DNA from: Acidobacteriota bacterium
Lineage (GTDB): Bacteria; Acidobacteriota; UBA890; WLXD01
Assembly: GCA_963666215.2 (NCBI GenBank)
Contig: CAXWPL010000005.1
Span: forward strand, 448,001-512,000
Direction: 5' to 3'
DNA length: 64,000 nucleotides
This document shows positions 9,729 to 20,912 of the stretch, in pieces. Below the pieces are notes generated by a model that was given only the letters and a program-made list of their open reading frames with translations, was not told the origin of the DNA and made no database searches. Each line of letters starts with the position of its first letter. Positions within the stretch are counted from its first letter, which is position 1. A program made the translations under genes and the position numbers.

Positions 9729-12227
9729 ATGCCCACCTTCGGCGACTGGATTCCAGCGAGTCTTTACCGCGTAGCTCCCGCTCTCGCCCTGCTGACGATC
9801 GTGGCGTTGCTGGGCGCCCCGACCCCGGCGCACGCGCAGTTCGCCTTTGGACTCTCGGTTGCGGTGAGCGACAACGAGGTTCTCATCGGCGAGCCCGGCA
9901 ACCGGGTCACGCCCGGGTATGTCTACGTGTACCGGCAAGCCGACGACGGATGGACCGAAGTCCAGCGCCTGAGTCGCTCGGGTGCGAGTAACAGCGACGG
10001 CTTTGGCCAGGCGATCGTCGTCGATGGGAACAGGCTGCTGATTGGTGCCACCTCGGAGGCGGGCGGCGCGGTTCATGTGTTCGAGCGCGGCGACGACGGC
10101 TGGATGGAGACCGGACGATTCGGTCCCGACGAAGTGGCAGCCGATGGCTCCTTCGGAGGCGCGCTGGCGGTGAGCGGCGACTTGGCGATCGTTGGCGCAC
10201 AGGACCGCGAGGGCAAGGCTGGCGCCGCCTTCGTGTTCGCGCTCCGGGAGGGTGCGTGGACCCAGGTCGCCGAGCTGGCGCCCGACGGAGGGGCCACCGA
10301 GATGGCGGCCGACGACGAGGAGGCGGAAACGGAGACCGAGACCGAGGAAGCGCCGAAACCCGCCTTCGGCTCGGCCGTCGCGATCGACGGCGACTGGGCA
10401 ATGGTCGGTGCGCCGACCGAGGCTGGTATGGGCAGCGTCTACGTCTTCCGTCGCGAGGACGACAGCTGGCACCAGGTTGCCAAGCTGCCCACAGGCAGCG
10501 GTGGACCTCCGGGCGCGCAGAATCGGCGAGCCGGGGCGGCCTTCGGCTCGACGATCCTGATGCGCGACGGGCAGGCGCTGGTGGGCGCGATCGGCGCCAA
10601 CGGCATCGGTGCGGTACGCAGCTACGAGCTCGATGACGAAGGCGAAAGCTGGGTGGCCCGCGGCTCGCTGTTGCCCTTCGACGGTACGCCCGGCTACGGC
10701 TTCGGTAGCTCGATCGTGCTCACCGAGAACGAGGTTCTGGTCGGTGCCCCGGGAGCGGGCCGTGGTCTCGGCCGCGTCTATCGGTTCGTCATGGACGCCG
10801 ACGGCAACGTCACAGAGGCCACCAAGCTGGGGACGGCGGCGCTCGGGTTCGGCGCCGGCTTCGCCGCTTCTCTGGCGGGCGACGGGAGCCTGCTGGTGGC
10901 CGGCAGCCCCGGCGACGATCTCGGGGCCGGAACGGCGACCATCATGGATCGCTCGTTGGGCGGCTTCGACCGAACCAAGGTGTTCAGCGAGGCGAGCGGC
11001 CTCGATCCCGTGGTAGGTGGGGCGATCGAGTGCTCCGACGGAATGGCAGGCATGTTCCCCTGCGACAAGTTCGACTTGATCTCGTTCCTGCCGAATCACC
11101 TCATGGACGGGGGCCGTGGCGCCTGGGCCAACGATGTGTGGGGCTGGACCGACCCCGAGACCGGGCATGACTACGCCCTGGTCGGCCTGTCGGCGCGCAC
11201 GTCGTTCGTCGACGTGACCGACCCCTACAACCCGATCTACGTCGGCAACCTGCCGAAGACGCCGGGCACGCCCGACAGCCTGTGGCGCGACATGAAGGTG
11301 TACGCCGATCATGTGTTCGTCGTGGCCGACGCGGCGGCGGAGCACGGCGTGCAGATCTTCGATCTGACGCGGCTGCGTGAATTCGCGGGTGAGCCGATCG
11401 AGTTCGAAGTCGATGTGCAGTACGAACAGGTCAACAGCGCTCACAACATCGTCATCAACGAACAGACGGCGTTCGCCTACGTCGTGGGTGCAAGCGGCGG
11501 CGGCGAGACCTGTGGCGGCGGCCTGCACATGATCAACATCGAGGATCCCCAGCAGCCGATCTTTGCCGGCTGCTTTGCCGATGTGCGCAGCGGACGCCGT
11601 GGAACCGGCTACTCACACGATGCGCAGTGCGTCGTCTACCACGGTCCCGACGAGCGCTACAGCGGCAAGGAGCTGTGCTTCGGATCCAACGAGACCGCGC
11701 TCAGCATCGCCGACGTGAGCGACAAGCGGAACCCGGTGGCGGTGTCGATGGCGACCTACCCGAACGTTGCCTACTCGCACCAGGGCTGGCTCACCGACGA
11801 CCAGCGCTACTTCTATATGAACGACGAGGGCGACGAAGCGTCGGGCACGGTGGAGGGCACGCGCACGCTGATCTTCGACGTGCAGGAGCTCGACGACCCG
11901 ATTCTGCTCGGCGAGTACATCCACGACGTCCAGGCAATCGATCACAACCTCTACGTCGTCGGCAACCGGATGTACCAGTCGAACTACAACGCCGGGCTGC
12001 GGGTCCTCGACATCACCGATCCCGAGAACCTCGAGATGGCGGGCTATTTCGACACCGTCCCGTGGGACGACAACGGGGTGGAGTACGACAGCTTTTCGTG
12101 GAGCAACTACCCGTTCTTCGACAACGGCTTCATCCTCGTCACCAGCATCCGCGAGGGCCTCTTCATCGTCCGCGAGCAGGGCAACGAGGCCACCGCAAAC
12201 AGCCGAGGATCGGGGTCGCGGCGGTAG
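9729..12227 (+). CDS. Choice-of-anchor B family secreted protein with FG-GAP repeats
   Basis: Repeated FG.A/S.A...L.VGAP units, then NDVWGWTDPETG, WRDMKVY, AHNIVIN, YSHQGWLT, DHNLYV, WSNYPFF. Confidence 0.88.
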   Translation: MPTFGDWIPASLYRVAPALALLTIVALLGAPTPAHAQFAFGLSVAVSDNEVLIGEPGNRVTPGYVYVYRQADDGWTEVQRLSRSGASNSDGFGQAIVVDGNRLLIGATSEAGGAVHVFERGDDGWMETGRFGPDEVAADGSFGGALAVSGDLAIVGAQDREGKAGAAFVFALREGAWTQVAELAPDGGATEMAADDEEAETETETEEAPKPAFGSAVAIDGDWAMVGAPTEAGMGSVYVFRREDDSWHQVAKLPTGSGGPPGAQNRRAGAAFGSTILMRDGQALVGAIGANGIGAVRSYELDDEGESWVARGSLLPFDGTPGYGFGSSIVLTENEVLVGAPGAGRGLGRVYRFVMDADGNVTEATKLGTAALGFGAGFAASLAGDGSLLVAGSPGDDLGAGTATIMDRSLGGFDRTKVFSEASGLDPVVGGAIECSDGMAGMFPCDKFDLISFLPNHLMDGGRGAWANDVWGWTDPETGHDYALVGLSARTSFVDVTDPYNPIYVGNLPKTPGTPDSLWRDMKVYADHVFVVADAAAEHGVQIFDLTRLREFAGEPIEFEVDVQYEQVNSAHNIVINEQTAFAYVVGASGGGETCGGGLHMINIEDPQQPIFAGCFADVRSGRRGTGYSHDAQCVVYHGPDERYSGKELCFGSNETALSIADVSDKRNPVAVSMATYPNVAYSHQGWLTDDQRYFYMNDEGDEASGTVEGTRTLIFDVQELDDPILLGEYIHDVQAIDHNLYVVGNRMYQSNYNAGLRVLDITDPENLEMAGYFDTVPWDDNGVEYDSFSWSNYPFFDNGFILVTSIREGLFIVREQGNEATANSRGSGSRR

Positions 12228-12281
12228 CGGCTGCGCCGCACGGCTGGCGCATTCCGCCGGGGCGCGACAAGATAGGGTGCG

Positions 12282-12533
12282 GTGCCTATCTACGAGTATG
12301 TCTGCAGCAAGTGTGTTCGCGAGTTCGAGGCCCTGGTGCGTACGCCGGACGAAGCCAGGTGTCCGGAATGCGGCGGCGCCAAGCTCGAGCGACTGCTGTC
12401 GGTGCCCGCGGTAAAAAGCGAGGGCACCAGGTCGCTCGCCATGCGGGCCGCAAAAAAGCGCGACGCTGGGCAGGCGAAGAGGCGCAACCGGGAACAGCTG
12501 CGGTACGAACAGAGCCACGACCGGCACGGCTGA
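12282..12533 (+). CDS. FmdB-family zinc ribbon protein
   Basis: MPIYEYVCSKC...FE.LV...CPECG...LERLLS. Confidence 0.9.
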   Translation: MPIYEYVCSKCVREFEALVRTPDEARCPECGGAKLERLLSVPAVKSEGTRSLAMRAAKKRDAGQAKRRNREQLRYEQSHDRHG

Positions 12534-12647
12534 GGCGCCGCCGGCGAGCTCCTCGAACGAAGGGCTCGAAAAGCGCTACGAGCACTCAGATCGAAGCACT
12601 ACTGGCGCTCAGGCATCGCGCCAGGCCGCGCCTGCCAGCGCATCAGC

Positions 12648-13592
12648 TCAGAAGTCGAGCGTGAAGCCAATCCCGGTGCCACCGCCGCGGGCCGCCACCA
12701 TGTGCACACGCAGGCGTTCGTTTGAGAATCGGTCGTTAACGACGTTGGCCGCCACAATGCCGATCGCAGCGCCGGCAATAACGTCGGAAAGGAAATGGCG
12801 GCGCTGGTCGATGCGGGAAATGCCCATCAGAGTGGCGAACGCATAGGCCGGAATCGCTGCCTTCTTGCCGTAGTTGTGGCTCAAGACGGTGGCCATCGCG
12901 AAGGCGCCGGCCGTATGTCCCGACGGAAATGACAGCTCGTCGTAGGCGTCGGGACGCATCCGGCGGATGCCGAGCTTGATCGGCGTGACAACCAGATCGG
13001 TCAGCACCAGCGCTTGAGTGAGCTGCGCCGCGGTGCGCGCCAGGCCTGGCTTGTCGAGGGCGTGGCCGCCGAAGAACGCCGCAGCGAGCGCCGGATACAG
13101 CACCACGCGCTGACCGATGGACGACATCCCGTCGCTGAAATCGTCGAGCCCCTCGGGCCTCAGCGCCGAGAAGGCGAGCTCGTCGCCTTCGTAGACGGTC
13201 GCCACCGTAGCGCCGAGACCGATGCTGAGAATCATCCGATTGCGAGAGTCATCCAAGGTGAGCAGCTTGAGCAGGTCCTTGGCGAGCGCGCCCGGCTGCA
13301 GTAGCTGGTTCAGGGCGCTGGCGAGGTCATCTGGCTTCTCGAACTCCACGCTTGACTCGTCAGCTGCCTCGGCCTTGGCCGCGGCAATCGCAGCTGCGAG
13401 GCTCGCGGCCGCCTGCGCGGCCTCGGCATCCGGCTGGGCCGCGGAGCTCGACTCCTGTGCCCCTGCCACATCGACGACGACGAGCAGAGAGAGCGCAACC
13501 ATGGCGCTCAATGCGCGGCGCGGCGCTCGAAATCGGGAGACCGTGCTCAGCGAACACTTCGACAGCATCTGCACCTCATGGGCCAGGCTCAT
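12648..13592 (-). CDS. PAP2-family phosphatase
   Basis: K....R.RP, SFPSGH and SRI..RRHFLSDV motifs. Start uncertain (possibly near 13503). Confidence 0.85.
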   Translation of the reverse strand: MSLAHEVQMLSKCSLSTVSRFRAPRRALSAMVALSLLVVVDVAGAQESSSAAQPDAEAAQAAASLAAAIAAAKAEAADESSVEFEKPDDLASALNQLLQPGALAKDLLKLLTLDDSRNRMILSIGLGATVATVYEGDELAFSALRPEGLDDFSDGMSSIGQRVVLYPALAAAFFGGHALDKPGLARTAAQLTQALVLTDLVVTPIKLGIRRMRPDAYDELSFPSGHTAGAFAMATVLSHNYGKKAAIPAYAFATLMGISRIDQRRHFLSDVIAGAAIGIVAANVVNDRFSNERLRVHMVAARGGGTGIGFTLDF

Positions 13593-13746
13593 CGGACGCC
13601 GAGCCTTGGAGGAAAGCTTGGGGAAGAGTATAGAAGCTGCAGACTGCGGCCCGCATGGGTCATTCGACCGACGCCGGAAAATAGTGTGCTCCGCTCCCAG
13701 CCGCCCGACGAAGTGCGCGGCTCCAATCGCCGGCCAGACGCCCTCG

Positions 13747-14313
13747 CTAGCGCTGGTTCGCGGGCAGAAGGAGATCCTCGAGGAAGAACGCCGACAGCGC
13801 GGCGCGGCCGGCGAGATCGGACTTGCGGTATACCGACTGCGCCTGCTGGCGAACGGTCCGTTCGCTGGTGGAGCGTGCAGCTGCGACTTCCTTGTGGCTT
13901 AGCCCCTTGAGCATCAGCAGGGCCACCTCACGCTCGGCTTGCGTGAGCTGCCAGCGGTGGAATTGAGCGTCGATTGCCGCACTGAGACCTCTCAAAAGCT
14001 CGCGCATGTCGGCGCGCCATTGCGCTCCTTCGGCGCGCGCCACGTCGAGATCGCCCATGAGCAAGGCATGCTCTCGCTGCTGGCGGGTGAAGCGTCCGTA
14101 CAGAAACGCCACCGCGCCCGCGACGCCCACGAGCAAGGCGGGCTCGATGGCCTCCATCATGATCTGGCCAAACGTCAGATGCGGCTCCTCTATCCAGTCG
14201 ATCGCAACCAGAACAACGACGGCCGCGACCATCGTCACGCCGATAGCGAGGCCCGACCAGCGTGGCAGCCTCAGGTGTGCGCGCTCAGTTCCGCCAATCG
14301 CCGCTGGAGTCAT
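13747..14313 (-). CDS. Membrane-anchored LuxR-type transcriptional regulator
   Basis: Two TM helices followed by LTQAEREVALLMLKGLSHKEVA...SERTVRQQ. Confidence 0.85.
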   Translation of the reverse strand: MTPAAIGGTERAHLRLPRWSGLAIGVTMVAAVVVLVAIDWIEEPHLTFGQIMMEAIEPALLVGVAGAVAFLYGRFTRQQREHALLMGDLDVARAEGAQWRADMRELLRGLSAAIDAQFHRWQLTQAEREVALLMLKGLSHKEVAAARSTSERTVRQQAQSVYRKSDLAGRAALSAFFLEDLLLPANQR

Positions 14314-14512
14314 CGGTCGCCCTCTGGCCCGCTGGCCTTCTAGTCAATCCGGTCGACGTCGCGCCGACTACGAGCCCGGCGCCTCGTATTCGATGACCTG
14401 CCAGCCTGACACTTTGGAAGCGCGGCTTCAATGACCGGGGCGAACGATGCTGGTCGTGCGGCCAGGCGCTTGGCTAGTCACCGCGAGGCCCGCGCGCAGT
14501 CAGGGCTCTCGG

Positions 14513-16084
14513 TTAGGGATTCGTCGCGGGCACCGCGTCCATCAAGAGCTCGAGGGCTCGGCCGAGCGCCTCGGATCCGGGCCGGGCTCCCCTGGAGTGA
14601 CCCAGCCGCACCACCACCATGTCGCGATCGGGAATGATGATCGTGAACTGGCCGCCGGCCCCCGCCATGTAGAACGCCTCGTGCGGAATCGGAAACGACC
14701 CGTCGCGGTTGAGCCAGAAGAAGGAGCCGCCGTAGATCATGCGGCCGTCGGCCTCCCAGGCGGGCGCCACGGTGCTGGCGTAGTCCACCCAGCCCTCGGG
14801 GAGGATGCGCTCACCGTTGGCCATGCCGTCGGCGAGGTAGAGCATCCCCAGCCGCGCCCAGTTGCGGCCGGTGCCGAATTCGTAGCCTTGCAAGAGAAAA
14901 TTGCCGTACGGATCGGTTTCGAGAACCATGCGACGGATGCCGATCTTGTCGAACAGCGCGCGCTGTGGGTACGTGAGGTACTCCTCGCCCCGCGCCTCGA
15001 CCGCCTGGCGAATCAGGTAGTTGATCGTCAGCGGGTCGGAGTTGCGGTAGCGACCGATCGTGTTGGGCGGCCACTGGGCGGGGCGGGTGATCGCCCACTG
15101 ATGCGAGTCTGCCGATCCGGTGTAAACGTAGAGATGGTCGGGGTAACCGTTCGGGTAGCCAAAGCCGTATTCGTAGTCGGGATCCTGCGGGGCTATGAAA
15201 CGCAGCCCGGAAGACATCCGCATGACGTCGCCGATGCGAATCGTGCCACGCGGGTCGTCAGGATCGGCGTGCCAGGCGTCGATCGGGGCTTCCTGCCAGA
15301 GCTCGTAGTCGCCCGCGTGAATCAACGTTGCCATGAGCGTGGCCGTGAGCGACTTGCCCATCGACCAGCTCTCGAGCTGGGTGTCCTTGTCGATCCCGTC
15401 CATGTAGCGCTCGCCGATGATGCGTCCCTTGTGGGTCACAACGAAGGCGGCGGTAAGGCCATCGGCCGGCTCGAAGGCCGCGTCAACAGCCGCGCCGAGC
15501 TTGTCGGCATCGACCTCCACCGGTAACGGATCGTCGGTCAGCACATCGCCCATGGGCCAGGGCATCGACGTCGCATCGGGCAGGCTCGACACCACGTCGA
15601 CCGGTGTGTAGTAGGGCTCGTCTACGCCCTTCGGAAGCGTCAAGCAGCCCTGGTCTCCCAAGAACCTCGCCGTTCGGGTGACGCCGCCGTCGAGCGTCAC
15701 GTGCACCGCGCGCTCGCCGCGATCGATCACCAGGTTGGTGAAACGTTCACGCTCCTCCGAGTTCGACACGAAGTGACCGACGTCCTCGGCCGCCGCGCGC
15801 TCGTCGAGGCCGGTTACAAAGATCGCTGAGCAGACGGTCTTGGCGAATCCGGACATCGAGTGCTCGAGCGCGTCGCCGGGCGGGACCTCCCATGGTGTGC
15901 CGCGTGAGGTGTCGAGCTCGTGCTCCGCGGCACGGACAACGAGTGGGTTCGTGGCCGGTGCATCGGATTCAACCCCACCAGCTGACTCGGCGGGGTCAGC
16001 CTCCGGACTGCAAGCTGTGCACAGCAGCACCATGGCGAATAGCAGGACGGACGAAGAACGAGACAGCAGCGCGGGGAAACGCAT
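14513..16084 (-). CDS. Serine hydrolase (beta-lactamase class C-like) lipoprotein
   Basis: Lipobox-like CTAC, SMGK (SxxK), YRN, MAGAGGQ. Confidence 0.88.
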   Translation of the reverse strand: MRFPALLSRSSSVLLFAMVLLCTACSPEADPAESAGGVESDAPATNPLVVRAAEHELDTSRGTPWEVPPGDALEHSMSGFAKTVCSAIFVTGLDERAAAEDVGHFVSNSEERERFTNLVIDRGERAVHVTLDGGVTRTARFLGDQGCLTLPKGVDEPYYTPVDVVSSLPDATSMPWPMGDVLTDDPLPVEVDADKLGAAVDAAFEPADGLTAAFVVTHKGRIIGERYMDGIDKDTQLESWSMGKSLTATLMATLIHAGDYELWQEAPIDAWHADPDDPRGTIRIGDVMRMSSGLRFIAPQDPDYEYGFGYPNGYPDHLYVYTGSADSHQWAITRPAQWPPNTIGRYRNSDPLTINYLIRQAVEARGEEYLTYPQRALFDKIGIRRMVLETDPYGNFLLQGYEFGTGRNWARLGMLYLADGMANGERILPEGWVDYASTVAPAWEADGRMIYGGSFFWLNRDGSFPIPHEAFYMAGAGGQFTIIIPDRDMVVVRLGHSRGARPGSEALGRALELLMDAVPATNP

Positions 16085-16175
16085 GATCGGGGACCTCCGG
16101 GAGCAACGGTGAGCTCGCGCGAGCGGGCTGGAGTCTACTGCACGCTCACAGCACCGAGCCAACGACGCTCAGCGC

Positions 16176-16670
16176 TCAAGATCCCGTCGACGGAGAGGTC
16201 GCCGGCGACAACGGAGGTCGTAACTTAGGGAATGGCAAGGCCGAGCTGGCGCCGTTCTCGGCTACCTGGGCGAGGACCTGTCTCGCGGCGGCGATCAGTT
16301 CGTCGGTGTCGAGTCCGAAATCGCTCGACGGATGAAGCGTCAGGTTGTCCATGGCACGCCGTAAGAGCGCCGTAACGCCGCGCGTATTCGCACGCTGCGC
16401 GTGGCAGCAACCCACCGCGACCTGGGTGACGCCGCGCAAGAAGCGTCGATCTTCAGGGGCGATCTCGTCGCTTTTCCAGGCGTACTCGAAGAACTCGTGC
16501 GCCTCGAAAAAGCGCTCTGCGTTGAACAGCTCCACCCCGTGCGCCAGCGCCTCGGCGGCGGAGGAAACCACCTCCTCGGGGTCGCGCGCGTGCGGCATCT
16601 CGTCGCGGCTACCGCGTGGCAGCGCCCGGCCGTATCGATCACGCGCCGTGCGAGCTCTCGGGCTGGCCAT
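16176..16670 (-). CDS. DUF309 domain protein
   Basis: RDRYGRALP N-terminus; GVELFN.ERFFEAHE.FE..WK; QVAVG..H. Confidence 0.82.
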   Translation of the reverse strand: MASPRARTARDRYGRALPRGSRDEMPHARDPEEVVSSAAEALAHGVELFNAERFFEAHEFFEYAWKSDEIAPEDRRFLRGVTQVAVGCCHAQRANTRGVTALLRRAMDNLTLHPSSDFGLDTDELIAAARQVLAQVAENGASSALPFPKLRPPLSPATSPSTGS

Positions 16671-18842
16671 CAAACCCGCTAGTAACCGAAGCCGAACACC
16701 ACGTAGACGTGGAAGCCGTCGTCGCTGTTGGCGGCGTGGACGCGGACGGCCGTGCTGTAGTCCCAGGGAGTCCACCAAACGCCGCCACCGTAGCCGTAGT
16801 TCCAGGTGTCGGACTGCTCGCCGTCGGCCCACACGCGCCCGGTGTCACCGCCGGCGAACAGGCCCCAGTGCCCGGGAACCACGAGGTTGAGCCGCCCCAC
16901 AGGAATCGCGAATCGCGCATTGACGAACAACGAGGAGTCGCCGGCAAAGCGTCCTCTCGCGAGGCCGCGCACCTGCTGGGCGCCAAGATAGGCGAGGTCG
17001 TAGTACGGAACGTCGCCTTCGGTCACCTGCCCACCCACTCCGACACCAAAGCCGGGCCCCGAACCGCCGGCCCAGTGAGAGCTACTCACCTCGCCGCGAA
17101 CAACGGCGTAGTCACCCTCGAGGTCCCAGACGTCCGGGTAGTACCGGGCGTCGATATCGGCTGTCTGGCCGCGGCCCACCAACGCCTCGCGCACACGCAT
17201 GATGTCGTCGGAATCCTTGGGCTCGAACAGCGAGGCTGGGCGACGGTTGTTGAAATGCAGTCCGACCCCCCACCCCACCTGGCCCATGTCGTCGACCCCG
17301 TAGGGCCGCAGCAAGTTGATCAGGCGCGGATCGTCGTCGGCGTCTTCGGTACTGGAGTAGCGCACCACCGGACCGGTGTAGACCACGGCGTTGCTGCCGA
17401 TCGACCACACCGAGCGCACCTCGACCTCTGCGGCAACACGCTTGGAGCGACGGAAAGTCTCGTTGGACTGGCTGGGCGTTTCATTGCCAACACCGAAGAA
17501 GTTGAGGGTCTCGATGCCCGAAGCGAGCGCGTGCACCTCGATGTGCGACTCGCGGTTCTCGCGCCGGAAGATGCCGCTGTAATCGAAGCGCGGGCGCAGG
17601 GCTCCGGTGGCGAAGCCGGCACGAACGCGCTGCTGCTTCCCGTAGGGTCGCTTGCGGAAGTCGAAGGTCTCCCAGGTGAGCCCGAAGCCGCCGAACAACC
17701 CGATGCCGGGACCAACCGCGAACCACGGCTGGCCGTACCGCGTTGAGCCCCAGTCGCGACGCGACTTCAACGGCAGTCCCTGCGAGCGGAACGGCGTGCC
17801 GATTTCTTCGATGGGCTCGCCGGGCGACAACCAGATGCGATCTGCGACCTCTCTGCCGGGGCCACTGCTGCCAACAGGAGCGAGGCCACAGCGCAACGTG
17901 CTGGCACCTGCGTTCAGCTCAACGATGTTCTCGCCGGCACCGCAGACCAAGCGCACGGCAATCGACGTGCCTCCCGCGGTGTCCACGGTCACACGATCGT
18001 CTCCGGCGCCTGTGTAAATGCGTACTTCCTCGGTATCGTCCGGGTGGTACACGCGTTCGAAGTACGCCGGGCCGGCCGACGGGTCGGACGCGCGGAGGAA
18101 CACGGCGAGAGTGTCGTCGGCTCGACGGTCGATGTGGACCCAATCGGCGGCGTTCGTGGCGCGCACATCCGCCTCTTCCCCGAGGTATCGGTAGAAGCGC
18201 CGCGCCTGGCCGACGAGGCCGTCGCGACGACCCCGCAGTCCGGCACGCAGCTGAGCGCCGCGCAGCCGCTGAAACTCGTCCGGCAGCCGAGCCAGCGCGT
18301 CGTCGAAGATCGAATCGGTCAGAACCGATTGCAGCTCGCGAGCAACCTCGACCCACGCCTCCTCGTCGAGCCCCGCCAGCAGCCGGCGATCGACGGTGCG
18401 GCCGTTCCAGGTGAGCCCCTCGAGCGGCGGGTAGCTTGGCCCGAAGCGGTCGAACTTCGGGTCCTTGTCCTTCTGCATGGTCACCGCCAGACCGTCGTAG
18501 CGCGAGAAAGCCTGGTCGCGGTCCTCGACGATCGGCTGCCATAGCGGGTTCCCCGGGATTCGAGCCCAGCGCCACTGCTCGATGTGACGATCCCAGTCAC
18601 CCAACAGCTGATCGACGAGCCGGGCGAGCGCGAATGCTCGGGCGTCGATGCGATCGGCGGGACTCGCGGTGATGCGCTCGATCATCTCGGGGCCGCCGAT
18701 GATCTCTTCCGAGCCGAACGCGCCCCCCTCCACGGTCGGGAACTCCGACAGCGTCCCCACCAGCCCGCCGAAAGTCTCCCGAAAAGCGCCGAGCTCGGGC
18801 ACGTCGGGCATGACCACGATACGGGTCTGCACCACATTGAGA

Positions 18843-20250
18843 GGTGATGTCTCGCTTTCCGTTGAAAAAGGTGACGGTGATCCGACCTCGATAGTGTGTC
18901 GGGGTCAATCCACTAGGCATGGAGGATCACCGTCATGGGCAAGAGTCGCAGAACAGAGACGAGTAGGAAAGCGGAGCGCCGAGAGGGCAAGCTGCTGGAG
19001 GCCGTGGTAGCGGCGCGATCGGATCTACGAGCTCTGGTCATGGACGCCGGCTTCGGGGTGTTGGGGTCGCTGCTCGAGCAAGACAGAGCTGAGCTATGCG
19101 GAGAACGCCACGCACGGTCACAGCAGCGGCGGGCGTACCGACACGGCTACGACGAGGGCTCGCTGGTGATGGGCGGCCGGCGGGTCAAGGTACGCAAGCC
19201 GCGGGCTCGGAGCGTCGATGGCCAAGAGCTGCCGCTGCCGCACTGGGAGAGGTTCAAGGCCACCGACCCGCTCGAAGAGCGCGCCGTGGAGCAGATCCTG
19301 TGCGGCGTCACGACGCGCAAGTATGAGCGCTCGTTGGAGCAGCTGCCCGAAGGCCGAACTTCATCCGGGACGAGTCGCTCGAGTGTGTCGCGGCGGTTCG
19401 TAGCGCGTACCGCCCGGCAGGTGCAGCAGTATCTGGCCCAACCACTCAACGAGGTGGACTTGCCGGTGCTGGTGATCGACGGTACGCACATGGGCAAGCA
19501 CCTGTTGGTGATCGCCATGGGCATCGATACGGACGGCGTCAAGCATGTTCTGGGCGTCGTAGAAGGCACCACCGAGAGTTCACGTGTGTGCCGATCGCTG
19601 CTGCGGCAGTTGATTGAACGCGGCATGCCCGTCGAACGGGCGCGGTTGGTGGTAATCGATGGCTCCAAGGGCCTCCGTAAAGCAGTGCGCGACACGTTCG
19701 GCGAGTGGACCCTGATCCAGCGCTGCCGTGTCCACAAGATCAAGAACGTCTTGGAACATCTGCCAGGGCATATCCGGCCCTGGTTCGCGGCGAAGATCCG
19801 CAAGGCCTGGAAGGCGGAGACGGCAGCGGCAGCGACCAAGCAGCTCGACGCCGTGGCCAAAGAGCTGGAGACGGATCACCCGGGTGCCGCGGCCTCGCTC
19901 AGAGAAGGAATGCAAGAGACGCTCACCGTCACCCGGCTCGGAGTGCAGGGGCCGCTGCTTCGAACGTTGCGTTCAACGAACACGATCGAGAATCTCAACG
20001 GCACGATCAAACACGTCAGCCGCAACGTAAAGAGATGGCGCTCCGGGAGCATGATCGTTCGATGGGCGGTTACCGCGCTCATCGAGGCCGAGAGCCACTT
20101 CCGGAGGGTCCGTGGCTACCGCGACATCGCCAAGCTCGATGCCGCACTGAACGCCGCCGTCGACGCTCACCTTGAGCAGGAGCGCCGTACTGCGTAACAA
20201 TCCCAACCACTTCACCGTCGCCTTAGTTCAACGGACGGTGGGACATCCCC
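18843..20250 (+). mobile_element. IS256-family insertion sequence
   Basis: Imperfect IRs GGTGATGTCTCGCTTTCCGTTGAA / TTCAACGGACGGTGGGACATCCCC. 8-bp TSD CATTGAGA at 18835-18842 and 20251-20258. Confidence 0.95.
18935..20197 (+). CDS. IS256-family (Mutator-like) transposase
   Basis: VIDG, VIDGSKGL, QRCRVHK, STNTIE.LN. Confidence 0.95.
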   Translation: MGKSRRTETSRKAERREGKLLEAVVAARSDLRALVMDAGFGVLGSLLEQDRAELCGERHARSQQRRAYRHGYDEGSLVMGGRRVKVRKPRARSVDGQELPLPHWERFKATDPLEERAVEQILCGVTTRKYERSLEQLPEGRTSSGTSRSSVSRRFVARTARQVQQYLAQPLNEVDLPVLVIDGTHMGKHLLVIAMGIDTDGVKHVLGVVEGTTESSRVCRSLLRQLIERGMPVERARLVVIDGSKGLRKAVRDTFGEWTLIQRCRVHKIKNVLEHLPGHIRPWFAAKIRKAWKAETAAAATKQLDAVAKELETDHPGAAASLREGMQETLTVTRLGVQGPLLRTLRSTNTIENLNGTIKHVSRNVKRWRSGSMIVRWAVTALIEAESHFRRVRGYRDIAKLDAALNAAVDAHLEQERRTA

Positions 20251-20912
20251 CATTGAGACCCGCCGCGCGGCCAATCGGTCCGGCAGCCACGTCGGCTGCC
20301 GGGAAGTTCGACGAGATCTGATCCTGCGCCAGGTCTGCGATGGGGGTTCCGAGCAGCTCGTCGGGCAGCACCGCTGTCGGATCCTTGTCGATGCCACGAA
20401 ACGTGTAGCTCTTTCCATCACCTCCGCTGAGAGCAAGACCAGCGGTTTGGTTGCGCCCCACCTGTCGCACCGGCGTCAACCCGCCGGCTTCGGTCTTCAG
20501 GTCGAGCACTTCAACCTCGATCGGTGTTGTCCACAGGTCGCGGTAGTCGGAGCCGAAAATCCGCCGCTTGAGACCGGAGGCCCGGTAGCGCGCACCAAGA
20601 ACAACAATTTGTCTGGCGCCCGCGGACGTCGTCGTCGACCGGACCTGCGGACGCGCTCCGGCGGGGCTCTGGGAAACAGCAAGAGCCTGCGCTGGTCGCA
20701 GCGGCTGAGCCGACGCCGCGAGACTCGCGAGCACGACAGCCGAAACCGGGAAGCGCCTTCTACGCATGGTCACAGTGTAACGACAGAGCTGCGCCGATGG
20801 GGACGGCTGTCCCATCAGCCAAGTTGACGAGTCACCTGGGCCTTACGCCGTCGCACGGCTCTGCAGGGTGTCGCCTTGCTGAGCACAGGTATCGCGGCGA
20901 GCGGCCGGAAAT

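Larger units (their letters stand above)
16679..20767 (-). pseudogene. Omp85/BamA-TamA-like outer membrane protein, split by IS256
   Basis: The N-part (signal peptide, YRDLWTTPIEV) and C-part (DWDRH, LG...VRG...GRFAG, terminal FGFGY) rejoin in frame (GLN-VVQTR) when the IS and one TSD are removed, giving about 890 aa. Confidence 0.88.
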
